Part shown: positions 42,142 through 51,910 of the stretch, piece after piece
Numbering within the stretch: position 1 is the stretch's first letter
How the letters are laid out: every line of letters begins with the position of its first letter
From: an uncultured Methanoregulaceae archaeon
GTDB taxonomy: Archaea > Halobacteriota > Methanomicrobia > Methanomicrobiales > Methanospirillaceae
Length of the DNA: 64,000 nt
NCBI GenBank assembly: GCA_963829225.1
Contig: CAWHHQ010000001.1
Location: forward strand, 136,053-200,052
Direction: 5' to 3'
The notes under the pieces: generated by a model
Told to the model about the DNA's origin: nothing
What the model saw: only the letters and a program-made list of their open reading frames with translations
Databases searched by the model: none
Made by a program: the position numbers and the translations under genes

Positions 42142-43546
42142 TTATTGTTTTTTGGTCACCCGGGAACAATTGCCCTTATTTTCCCGCCGGAATGAGCGGG
42201 CACAGACTGAAATAACTTCAGAAAGGGTCGGAAAGACGTAGTAGGTATCGATGAGGTCCTGAACCTTCAGCCGGTTTTTAACCGCGAAATATCCCTGCTG
42301 AATTAACTCTGTGGCGAGTGGGGAGCACATATGAACGCCAAGTATACGTTCATCTTCGTTATCAGCGACGATCTTTACTACTCCCCGGGTATCACCGATC
42401 ATCTCTGACCGTGACTGGGAGTTCATGAACGTACACCGGCAGATTACCGAATGGCCAGCATGCCGGGCCTGTTCTTCCGTCATACCGGCACTGGCAACCT
42501 GGGGGGTGGTAAAGATTCCCCGGGGAAGCTCCGTTGGATCGAACCGTCGGCCTCCTGCCGAGATGGCGTTTATTGCAGCGATTTCCCCTCCATATCTCGC
42601 AGAGGTTTCGAGCATGGGTTCACCGGTTACGTCCCCGGCGGCCCATATATGTGGAGCAGTAGTTTTTAATGTTGTATCGACGATTACCGCCCCGTTTTTC
42701 CCGGTTTGGACACCTGCCCGTTCGGGATGAAGATCACGAGACTCCGGCAGGCGCCCGGTCGCAAGAAGCAGGATCTCCGCTGAGATTTTTTGTTCTTCTC
42801 CATTCATTGAGAAGGTGACCGTAACCATGTCGCCTGCCTTTTCGACTTTTCGTATATCTGCGCCGGTCCGGATGTCAATGCCTTCCCCGGCCAGATAGCC
42901 GGACAGGAGATCAGCAATTTCCGGTTCTTCCTCCGGAATAATCCGGGAACTTCGCTGAAGCACCGACACCCTCGTCCCGAAGTGGGCGTAGAGTTGCGCA
43001 AACTCCAGTCCAAGTGCTCTTCCGCCGATAATAACAAGAGAATCCGGGACGTGTTCCGGACTAAGCGCTTCTCTGCTGGTCATAAAGGGAACGGATGCTA
43101 TTCCTTCGATCGGGGGTATTGCAGGCGAAGATCCGGTTGCGATAATGAAACGATCCGAAGCCAGGATACGTTCACCGGTTTTTAGTTCCCGGTCGGAGAT
43201 AAATTCAGCTTCGCCCCGGATCATCTCTATACCAAGGGAGGTAAGGATATGATCCTCTTTTTTCTGGTTTAATCGTGAGATTAATGTTTCTTTTTCGGCA
43301 ATCGCCAGGGAAAGGTCGAAATGACTGTCGATGCCGATGCCCTGATGGTTATGATTTCCATAAAAATGAGAATCCGCACGGGCGAGCAGGAATTTACTTG
43401 GAATACATCCGACGTTCACACAGGTCCCCCAGAGAGTTCCTCTCTCTATGATAGCCACGCGGGATGCTCCAAGATGAACGGCGGTACTGGCAGCCGTAGC
43501 GCCGGCGAGCTCCGCTTCCTATAACAATCAGATCATAAACAGTCAC
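42142..43546 (-). CDS. MerA-like pyridine nucleotide-disulfide oxidoreductase, +1 indel at 43507; lacks the C-terminal Cys-Cys pair
   Basis: GTG start, YDLIVIGSGA|AG, GTCVNVGCIPSK, IIGGRALGLE, AAGDV, VFPTLSE. Confidence 0.82.
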
Positions 43547-43599
43547 CGCAATTCACTTCCCTTCATAAAAATTTCCCCAATGAATCACGTCGGTATCTC

Positions 43600-43762
43600 T
43601 AGCCTGGATGATGACAGACTGGTCTTTCCCGGCACCACATTCGGGCCAGATCCAGTCTTCCGGAACATCAGAAAATTGCACGCCCGGGGGATCCCAGACT
43701 GACCGATCGCCGGCCTCAGGGTTTTAAATATACCCGCAGATGCTGCACCCGTAAAGATCCGT
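43600..43762 (-). pseudogene. Degenerate rubredoxin
   Basis: (ACG)DLYGCSICGYI*NPEAGD...PPGVQFSDVPEDWIWPECGAGKDQ: start codon lost, in-frame TAA, third Cys changed to Trp. Confidence 0.8.
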
Positions 43763-43906
43763 GTTCAGTTCCCGGCAGGTTGCCAGCATTACTTTTGAGG
43801 TGATTGTGAGATTTTTCCCGGGTGTAAGTTCCGTTTTTTATGTATCAGATCCATGAGCCATGTTCAACAACAGGTCCCGCAAAAAACATATCCTCACAAA
43901 AATTTC

Positions 43907-44152
43907 TCAGGCGTTTACCTCCTGAAGCCGGGGAAATAGTAACGGCCGGTTCTGGTAGATGATGCTTCGCGCATCACGGAAATTAAACTTTTCGATGATG
44001 AGATGGTGTTCCTTGAGTTTTTTTAACGCATAGCGTACGGTGCGGGGTGCAAGATGGGTTTTTATAACGATGTCTTTATGGGTCATCTCACCGCCCGCCT
44101 TGAGCACTTCCAGAACCTTTTTCGATGACTGGGGTAATAGCAGGGTAGTCAT
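43907..44152 (-). CDS. Small winged-helix (MarR-like) transcription regulator
   Basis: LPQSSKKVLEVL...MTHKDI...LAPRTVRYALKKL...DAR; 81 aa. Confidence 0.82.
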   Translation of the reverse strand: MTTLLLPQSSKKVLEVLKAGGEMTHKDIVIKTHLAPRTVRYALKKLKEHHLIIEKFNFRDARSIIYQNRPLLFPRLQEVNA

Positions 44153-44171
44153 TGCACTAAGGACAAGGAAT

Positions 44172-44519
44172 TCAGCTGCATCCTGTCCCGCATCCCTCCT
44201 TAAATCCTTTATCTGACTCTTCTTTATCGGCGAGGATACTCGCAAGCGCCTTATCGACAAAATCGTCAAAAGTATCCATTTTTCCCCAGTTTTCTATCGA
44301 AAAATTCTCGGTGATTTCCGGATCTGAAAAAACAAGAACATTTCCTTCCTCATTAAGTCCTGAAATGTATTTCTTTGCCTGGTGTATACTATGCAGACTC
44401 TCCTGTTTCTTTGGCGTCCTTGCTACCACAAACCAGTAGGATTTTGCATCCTGTGCATCGACATAGATTTCGTAATCCTGTTCGAATTTTTTCAGACGAT
44501 CCTTTATGTTTTTCATCAT
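44172..44519 (-). CDS. Hypothetical protein ending in GCGTGCS
   Basis: AGGTGA RBS before MMKNIK; 115 aa; co-oriented between encapsulin and the wHTH gene. Confidence 0.7.
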   Translation of the reverse strand: MMKNIKDRLKKFEQDYEIYVDAQDAKSYWFVVARTPKKQESLHSIHQAKKYISGLNEEGNVLVFSDPEITENFSIENWGKMDTFDDFVDKALASILADKEESDKGFKEGCGTGCS

Positions 44520-44559
44520 TTCTGTCACCTTTTTCCCTGGATCAAAAAAAATTTTCATC

Positions 44560-45348
44560 TTACTTAAGCACACAGATAGCCTGCGGTGCATGGATAAGAA
44601 GGGCAAGACTCTCAATTACCTGGAAATCCAGGTTGTCTCCTACCGGACCATTATAGGCAATCGTCATATCCTGTCCAACGACAAGGGTCATGTACTGGCG
44701 TCCTGACGCGAGAACTATACCGCCTTTTTTAAGAACCGGTGCCTTTACTACCCCGTCGGACACAATCGTCCGGACATGATCCAGTTCGGTCCCATCGCCC
44801 TGAGGATACCGGCGTAAAAGCAGATTATACAGGGAAGGAGCAAGAGCCATGCAATACGGTCCATGAAATCCGGCATCATCCAGCTTCGTCACAGATTCTA
44901 TAATCTGATCTGCAGCAGTCCCGATTTTATCCCATTTTGTAAGGGTCTGGGAACAGGATCCTTCCGCGGTCAACAATCCCGGAGAACCCTGCATCCCATG
45001 GAAGATGATATGATCTTCCTTTACAGCGCAGTCAATTGCCGCACAGGCTACCGGATCCATATCAAGAATCAGCCTGTCTTTTTCAAATGATGCAAGATCG
45101 CGTTTGCCGAGGCTGAATTCAGATTTTATCATGTTAACGGGAACGAACGTACTACTGGAGACACCCTCTTCCAGATCACAGTCGTTTACCGGGATGACTT
45201 TCAATCCGAAACCGAATGGACCGTCAATGGTAATGATCCTTCGCCCGGCAAGCTGGCTTTTTGCCGATTCGATCATGGTGCTGTCAAGCAGTTTCCATGT
45301 ATCAGCTCCAAGGGGAGCCTCACTACGTCCTAAATATGTGTTTTCCAT
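44560..45348 (-). CDS. Family 1 encapsulin nanocompartment shell protein
   Basis: YLGRSEAPL..TW, LAGRRII.IDGPFG, EDHIIFHG, GFHGPY, VGQDMTIAY; GAGGTG RBS. Confidence 0.92.
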   Translation of the reverse strand: MENTYLGRSEAPLGADTWKLLDSTMIESAKSQLAGRRIITIDGPFGFGLKVIPVNDCDLEEGVSSSTFVPVNMIKSEFSLGKRDLASFEKDRLILDMDPVACAAIDCAVKEDHIIFHGMQGSPGLLTAEGSCSQTLTKWDKIGTAADQIIESVTKLDDAGFHGPYCMALAPSLYNLLLRRYPQGDGTELDHVRTIVSDGVVKAPVLKKGGIVLASGRQYMTLVVGQDMTIAYNGPVGDNLDFQVIESLALLIHAPQAICVLK

Positions 45349-45366
45349 ATGATCCACCTCTTATCG

Positions 45367-45724
45367 TTATTTCAGCGTTCCGATCGTCGTGGCACTCTTA
45401 TTCGCTGTTACTGGTAGAACCTGCCCGATCTTCGCTGCCATAACATCAACTTCCCTGGCACCCTTACCTTAGATAATCATCCTCGTCACCGGTAAGAATG
45501 GATATTAGCCGGTCAAATTCTCCGGCATGAACTCGCTCTTCATTCGCGATATCGATGAGAACGGCTTTTGCAAGGGGGTTTTCCGTAGCATCTGCATGAG
45601 CAAGATATGTATGTACTGCTTCATGTTCCGCGGCAAGATCCAGGCGAATTGCCCGAATAAGTTCCTCAGGAGTCAATGGGCGATCCGGGATTTTTCCGCT
45701 GAACGGATTTACAAATTCTGGCAT
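45367..45724 (-). CDS. Ferritin-like encapsulin cargo protein with C-terminal targeting peptide; +1 indel at ~45466
   Basis: RAIRLDLAAEHEAVHTY, DIANEERVHAGEF; the +1 frame continues KGAREVD...SATTIGTLK*. Confidence 0.88.
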
Positions 45725-46246
45725 TTTTTTTCTCCTTTAAATTCATCATTTCCTGTCATGGGGGTTCAGTATGAAATTTTAAAGAGTCTTGCCCAAAAAT
45801 CAGATTTTGATTTACAAATTGAAACAACCGGGAGAAAAATTTTGAAAGGATTCGTTTTTTTTTTATTTAACGACTATTAATCCAAATGAAAATCTTTAAC
45901 TCAGTCTTCATACATCCTGACCTGTTATCGGTTTGTTGAAATAGTCGTGGGAAAATGTTCCATGCTTCACATTGAAAAGAAAATGCTGTGTTTGGAGATA
46001 ATCTCAAATAAATAGGAGAAAAAAAGGATTTCCCAAGAACCTTAGAAAAATTATATTCCATTGCCTTAATACAAAATACAACAAAGAAATTTCATCCTTC
46101 AAAGAGACACTTTTATTCACATGATCACATCATTGAACGTCGTAAAAGTTTCAATTCTAACCTCAGGTTGTTAGTAATATTCCTCAACAAGGGTAGCTAA
46201 ACCTTAATAACAGCGGGCAATTAAGATTTTCAGGGAGGTTACTAAG

Positions 46247-46918
46247 ATGGCAAAAATCACCCAATACAGTGCGGTAAACCTTATAAATGAGGCAGGAGCA
46301 GATTCCCGTTTATGGAATACTCTGCCTTCGGATGAGGTGATAGAAAAGACGGTGAAAGCCATAGAGAGTCGCGGAATAAAAGTGGTCATCGCGGAAAATG
46401 CGGACAATGCCCTGGCGGTTCTTAAAAAAGTCATTCCGGACGGTGCTGAAGTCATGAACGGGTCTTCAACAACCCTGATCGAGATTGGTTATGAGGATTA
46501 TATTTCCGGGGGGCGGACAGGCTGGAAGCTGATGCACAGGGTAATTACTGCGGAAAATAATGATAACAAACGGGCAGAACTCAGGAGAAAATCAGTTGCT
46601 GCCGATTATTTCATATCCAGCGCAAATGCTGTCGCCCAGTCCGGAGAGATAATTGGCTGCGATGCGAGCGGGAGCCGGGTCGGTGCATGGCCGTTCGCCG
46701 CAGGTCACCTCATCCTGGTTGTGGGAATAAACAAGATCGTCCCGGATCTCGAGGGAGCATTAAAACGGGTCCGGGACTATGCATATCCGCTTGAAAATGC
46801 ACGGGCAAAGAGGGTGTATGGAACACCTAGTACCATCGGGAAGTGTGTTATACTGTCGCATGAAAAAAATGAAGGGCGGGTTTTACTTATTCTTGTCAGA
46901 GAGGCACTTGGTTATTAG
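46247..46918 (+). CDS. LUD-domain (YkgG/LutC-like) protein
   Basis: GSSTTL.EIG, ADYFISSANA, DASGSRV, VGINKIV. Confidence 0.85.
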   Translation: MAKITQYSAVNLINEAGADSRLWNTLPSDEVIEKTVKAIESRGIKVVIAENADNALAVLKKVIPDGAEVMNGSSTTLIEIGYEDYISGGRTGWKLMHRVITAENNDNKRAELRRKSVAADYFISSANAVAQSGEIIGCDASGSRVGAWPFAAGHLILVVGINKIVPDLEGALKRVRDYAYPLENARAKRVYGTPSTIGKCVILSHEKNEGRVLLILVREALGY

Positions 46919-47241
46919 GTCATGCTTCCATAATTTCTCTGATTTGTCTCAATTTTTGAAGATCAGGGAAAAGTATATCTGATTCTTTGATATTCTATCG
47001 ATACGAACTTTTAAAAAAAATTCCTTCCCTCGGAATATTGATGAAACCATGATATCGCAAAAGGTTCAGGATACCGATAAAAAAACCCCGGAAAAAATCC
47101 GGCATTACTTTGAAAAACAGGGTGATTCCTCCATTTTTTCTGTTCTATTGTTGAGGAATTCTCTGGCAATTCCTGAGCCCCGTACTACTGATAAAATATC
47201 CGTTTACGTTCAGCCAATCAGAAGATAAAGAGTTTGTAAAT

Positions 47242-48363
47242 ATGAAAACTCATGATGCTACTGAAAAAAAGGAAAGGAGAGAACTAACCGACACGAATGA
47301 AGTGCTGAAAGCAGAGATTGCACAGCGAAAACAGGCAGAAGCAGCTACAAAAAAGGCGTTTTCCCTGCTGAATGCCGCTCTCGAATCAACTGCTGATGGG
47401 ATTCTTGTCATTGACAGAGAGGGAGAAATCACCAGTTATAACAGAAAATATGCAACTATGTGGAATATACCGGATGCAGTTCTGGAATCTCCAAAACGGC
47501 GGACAATTGCAGAATACATAAAAAGAGAACTAAAAGACCCGGAAGGGTATAGTGCCCGCGTTAAGGAACTGACTGCACACCCGGAACGTGAAAGCTACGA
47601 CATGCTGGAACTGAATGATGGGAGGATTTTTGAGCGCTACTCAATACCGCAGAAGATTGGAGACGTCGTTGTCGGCCGGGTCTGGAATTTCCGGGACGTT
47701 ACCGATCGCAAACAGGCAGAAGAAAAGCTGCTGGCATCCTTACGGGATAAAGAAGTGATGCTTCGGGAGATCCATCACCGGGTCAAAAATAATCTCCAGA
47801 TCGTATCCGGGCTACTCGATATGACCCGGAAAAGATCTCAGGACCCGGCAACGGCCGGAATTCTGATGGATATGATGATGAAGATAGATACCATGGCGCA
47901 GATCCATACCCGTCTGTATGAAAGTAAACAATTCAACAGGATAAATATGAATACCCAGATACGGGACCAGATAGCTGCCCTGTCAAATATTTATTCCTCA
48001 AGAGACTGTGAGATATCCACAACTATTGAATCAGCATCAATATTTCTCTCGGTTGATCAGGCTATTCCCTGTGCACTCATGGTGAATGAGATCCTGACCA
48101 ATGCATTCAAACATGCCTTCAAAGGACGCCAGTCCGGCTCCATTGAAATTTCTGCGGTACAGGAAAATGGAAATATGAACATCACCATACGCGATGATGG
48201 TATTGGGATCGGCAAAAATCTGGATACTGCTCATGCCAACAGTCTGGGGTTTAAGCTTATCAGGGCATTAATACAATACCAGTTGAAAGGATCATTTATT
48301 ATCAACAACAAAAACGGCACCGAAGTGGTTGTAAAATTCCCTATCCAGGTAGTGAGTATTTGA
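47242..48363 (+). CDS. PAS-domain sensor histidine kinase (HisKA_2 type)
   Basis: LESTADGILVID PAS, EIHHRVKNNLQ, NEILTNAFKHAF, DDGIG. Confidence 0.92.
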   Translation: MKTHDATEKKERRELTDTNEVLKAEIAQRKQAEAATKKAFSLLNAALESTADGILVIDREGEITSYNRKYATMWNIPDAVLESPKRRTIAEYIKRELKDPEGYSARVKELTAHPERESYDMLELNDGRIFERYSIPQKIGDVVVGRVWNFRDVTDRKQAEEKLLASLRDKEVMLREIHHRVKNNLQIVSGLLDMTRKRSQDPATAGILMDMMMKIDTMAQIHTRLYESKQFNRINMNTQIRDQIAALSNIYSSRDCEISTTIESASIFLSVDQAIPCALMVNEILTNAFKHAFKGRQSGSIEISAVQENGNMNITIRDDGIGIGKNLDTAHANSLGFKLIRALIQYQLKGSFIINNKNGTEVVVKFPIQVVSI

Positions 48364-48365
48364 AG

Positions 48366-49685
48366 ATGTCAAAGATTCTTGTGGTTGAAGATGAAGCGAT
48401 CATCCTCCTGCAGCTGGAAGAGATCCTCCATGCCATCGGATACACGGTGGCAGGCCTGGCAGCATCCGGAGAAGATGCTATTGAAAAAGCACGACGCCTG
48501 AAACCCGATCTTGTGTTGATGGATATCGTGATGCCCGGTAAATTGAATGGTATTGAAGCAGCAAAAATAATTACCGAGGAACTTGGTATTCCGGTGGTTT
48601 TTGTAACGTCTTATGCGGACGATACGATTATTGAAAAAGCCAAGAGCGTTAAACCTTATGGATATATCGTAAAACCATTCAACGAACTCGTGATAAAGGC
48701 CACAGTCGAGGTAGCCCTTTTCCGTAAAGTCTCCGAACAGAAAGAACTGGATATAAAAAAGTCCCCGGTAAGAGCCCCGGACGGGGAATCTGAATACCTT
48801 GCTCTCCCTGAGATCAAAACCGTTCTTTTAAAAGATATCTTCTCGGATATCGTGCTCTTCCTGTATACTGAAAACGAAGTTAAAGAGCCTATTTTTAAAT
48901 TTGCACTGGAAGCAGGTATTAAAAAAGGAGGACGTAATTTTTTCTCCTATTCCCGGTCTACCGTTCAGAAATATTTTTTAAAAGAGATCCAGAAAAAAGA
49001 ACTCTTTACGTACCGTATAAAAAGAAACGAAATACATACACTCCTGCCAATCCTGGAAAAATGCACCGAATCGATGCAGGATTTCGGAGGAGATGAATCT
49101 CTGAAGATCCTGATTGATTTCTCCGAAACGGAAGATTACGAGGATATTATCGCGGTCAAGAACCTTGTTCTCTCAAAAAAGGAGAAGGGAATTCGCCTGT
49201 CAGGAATTATTGCAATAAATATCGGCATGATCGATCATACCCTGATTCGATCATTCGCCGAGGGCATACCCAAAATTATAGTTTCGACGGGGAAAGAAAC
49301 TACACTCTCTTTTGCTCACCAGACATTCCCCGCCGAATCCGTCTCAATCGTCCCCCAGTCAACCATCGATGATGTGGTAAAAAAGTCACTCGAACTCGTG
49401 GTTCTCTCCCTTCTCGATAAACCGATTTCCGGAAATGACATCGTCCATGAGATTCATAACCGGTTCAATGTGCTCATTCCCCAGGCACGGGTATATATGC
49501 TCCTGTATGAACTCGAACAGAACGGGTATATGGAAGTTAAGATGTCAGGAAAATCCAAGCTCTACTGTCCAACGGAAAAAGGACGGAAATATATCTCGCA
49601 GAAACTGAATGACATTAAACTTGTTTTCAGGCATATTTTAGGGGGAGGGATGAATGAAACCTTGGCGAACCGTGAAAAAAATTAA
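48366..49685 (+). CDS. Response regulator: REC, MEDS-like middle domain, C-terminal PadR-like wHTH
   Basis: VVEDE, LMDIVMP, VKPF; C-terminal VLSLLDKPISGNDIVHEIH...RVYMLLYELEQNG...YCPTEKG. Confidence 0.85.
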   Translation: MSKILVVEDEAIILLQLEEILHAIGYTVAGLAASGEDAIEKARRLKPDLVLMDIVMPGKLNGIEAAKIITEELGIPVVFVTSYADDTIIEKAKSVKPYGYIVKPFNELVIKATVEVALFRKVSEQKELDIKKSPVRAPDGESEYLALPEIKTVLLKDIFSDIVLFLYTENEVKEPIFKFALEAGIKKGGRNFFSYSRSTVQKYFLKEIQKKELFTYRIKRNEIHTLLPILEKCTESMQDFGGDESLKILIDFSETEDYEDIIAVKNLVLSKKEKGIRLSGIIAINIGMIDHTLIRSFAEGIPKIIVSTGKETTLSFAHQTFPAESVSIVPQSTIDDVVKKSLELVVLSLLDKPISGNDIVHEIHNRFNVLIPQARVYMLLYELEQNGYMEVKMSGKSKLYCPTEKGRKYISQKLNDIKLVFRHILGGGMNETLANREKN

Positions 49686-50482
49686 ACAACATGATGATCA
49701 ATAAACTCTTTTTTAAGATTCACTCTTGTCAGAATAAAAAAACACAGATCCCCGTGAACGACTGATAGTGATTTTATTTTTCGGCAGAAGGACGACATTA
49801 CTTATTTTCCTCCATCCATGAGAGAAAAGTCAAAATTTTTTGGCAACAACATGAGAATTAAGAATCCGGCACCGATATTCTCCCTCCGGTTATCATCACA
49901 GGGAGTATGATTTTGATGCAATTTTTAAGGTTCTTCTTTGTTCATTTCTTTTTTTGTCGTTGCCCTGCCGAAACTACAATTTTGTTTTTCCTGGCGTTGC
50001 AGGAACAAAAAATTCCAAAGAGAATCAGGAAACAAAAAAACGAAGATATCGGAACTGTATCGTTGTCAATTTTGAAACAAATACTGAAAAATCAGAATAT
50101 CTATATTTAATCAATCGTTCTATTGCATGTTCGTGGGTTTCGTATCCCACAGGCAGGTAGAACGAAATAGCCCGGCATCCCCTCTCTTCCCTCACAAAAG
50201 ATATCGTTCAAGATACAGAAAAGAATCGCTCTTATGCGGGTCGTTCCGGGGATTTCAAATCAACAAAGGGTTTCACCATGCCAATTGCTCCAGAGGATAC
50301 AATGACCGAGTACACCTCGGTAAACGGACTGCTCAATAACGGTGGCCAAATCCTGCTCCAGCTAGCGGTTATTCGGTCGGTCAAGTTTACTGATCCTTGT
50401 TCTTTCTTCATCGACAGGGATGATTAATCTTTAGATCAAACAACCCGAAGAACGGGGTTAAAGATTGGAGGAAGTTTTTACC

Positions 50483-50773
50483 ATGGGACCACAGGGAAGA
50501 AGAGAGATCCGGTCGAAAAATACCATTGAGCCAGTGATAAATCTATCCGACCATGGCAGATATCTCCAGATTATTGCAAAACTACCAGGTATCGCGGAGG
50601 AGAATGTCTCCATCGATCTTGAAAAGACGGTAGTAGCGATCTCCGTAACCAACACCATATCGGGAAAAAAGTATAAAAAATGTATCGCATTACCCTTTGA
50701 AGTAAGGCTGGAAAAAAAGAAGTTCCAGAATGGAATCCTGGATCTTACGTTAGAAAAAAGCAGTTCCGGGTAA
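50483..50773 (+). CDS. Hsp20/alpha-crystallin-like protein (short)
   Basis: AKLPGI.EENV, FQNGILDLTLEK; GGAGG RBS. Confidence 0.75.
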   Translation: MGPQGRREIRSKNTIEPVINLSDHGRYLQIIAKLPGIAEENVSIDLEKTVVAISVTNTISGKKYKKCIALPFEVRLEKKKFQNGILDLTLEKSSSG

Positions 50774-50793
50774 AGGTTGTTATATAATTGTTT

Positions 50794-50814
50794 CAGATTT
50801 TGTATCAAAATCTG
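50794..50814. promoter_or_regulatory. Inverted repeat CAGATTTTG-TAT-CAAAATCTG (terminator or operator)
   Basis: Perfect 9-bp arms, 20 nt after the Hsp20 stop and directly downstream of a TTATATAA element. Confidence 0.4.
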
Positions 50815-51397
50815 TTATTTAAGAAAGAACCTTTAAAAGTCTCTATTCAATACACAAAAACGGTGAGGATTATTCCGTTATCTGGGAATTCCGATAATGT
50901 ATTTTATTCAGAGAAAGAGATTGGTCGCGTATGGGAAAATTATCGCAGTATGCAGGGTACCTTTCACCATGAGACTGCAACCGTACTTCATCGGAACGGA
51001 ACGGGCTGTCCGGTAAGCGGATGTACCCGTTGTGGTGCATCTGATTGTTTTTACGCAGACTTTATTCATGCGTACTGGGTATATCCCAAGGGAGATTGAC
51101 CGGCCATATAGGCCGTGTGAATAGAAAAAAACAGTAAGGACTATATCTACTTAAATCAGCTGGATGAGAAAAGAGAAGTAGAAAATTCATAAAAAAAATG
51201 AAGGGTTGAGAACCCGGGGTGGAATTCCCTATGCCAGAGATATGCAAACGATATGAAAAAAAAGATTTAATCCACAGGACGGAAAATCATCGTGCATGTC
51301 AACCGGGTCCGATTACCGCATACACGCAATATGGATGTTTCCCGGAAAAAGATCGAGAGTTTTTGAACATAAGAGATTCCCGTACTATGGGGGGGAT

Positions 51398-51910
51398 ATG
51401 ACGGAGGATACAGAAAAATTGTCAGAGGAGATAGAACGTTTAAGAAAGGATCTTGACACCCAGACACGTCTTGCAGAAGAGCGAATTGATCGATTGAAAT
51501 ACCTTCAGGCGGATTTTGATAATTATCGTAAATGGTCTGAAAAAGACAAAGCAACGATCATCTCACTGGCAAATGAGAACCTGATAAAAGATCTCCTCGT
51601 TATATTGGATGATTTTGAGCAGGCGCTGCCTGCTCTTGAACAGGAAAAAAACAAAGAGGGCATGATGATGGTTAGGAAAAAGATGCTGAAAATCCTGAAG
51701 GAGTACGGTTTGCAGCCCATCGAGTGCGAGGGTAAAAAATTTGATCCGCATTTCCACGAGGTTATCTGTCTCGAAAGATGTCGTGAAGAACAGAATACAA
51801 TCCTCAAAGATATGGGAAAGGGTTATCAGTTAAAAACAAAGGTCATCAGGCCTTCAAAAGTGAAGATTGCAGAACATATTAGTGAAGATGAAGGTGAGAA
51901 AAATGGCTAA
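51398..51910 (+). CDS. grpE: Nucleotide exchange factor GrpE
   Basis: [37 protein letters not shown]. Confidence 0.93.
   Translation: MTEDTEKLSEEIERLRKDLDTQTRLAEERIDRLKYLQADFDNYRKWSEKDKATIISLANENLIKDLLVILDDFEQALPALEQEKNKEGMMMVRKKMLKILKEYGLQPIECEGKKFDPHFHEVICLERCREEQNTILKDMGKGYQLKTKVIRPSKVKIAEHISEDEGEKNG

Noticed and set aside
50278-51401. Short ORFs upstream of hsp20 and grpE, including a CPVSGCTRCGASDC peptide
   Set aside because: No convincing RBS or family resemblance; they may be remnants but cannot be supported.
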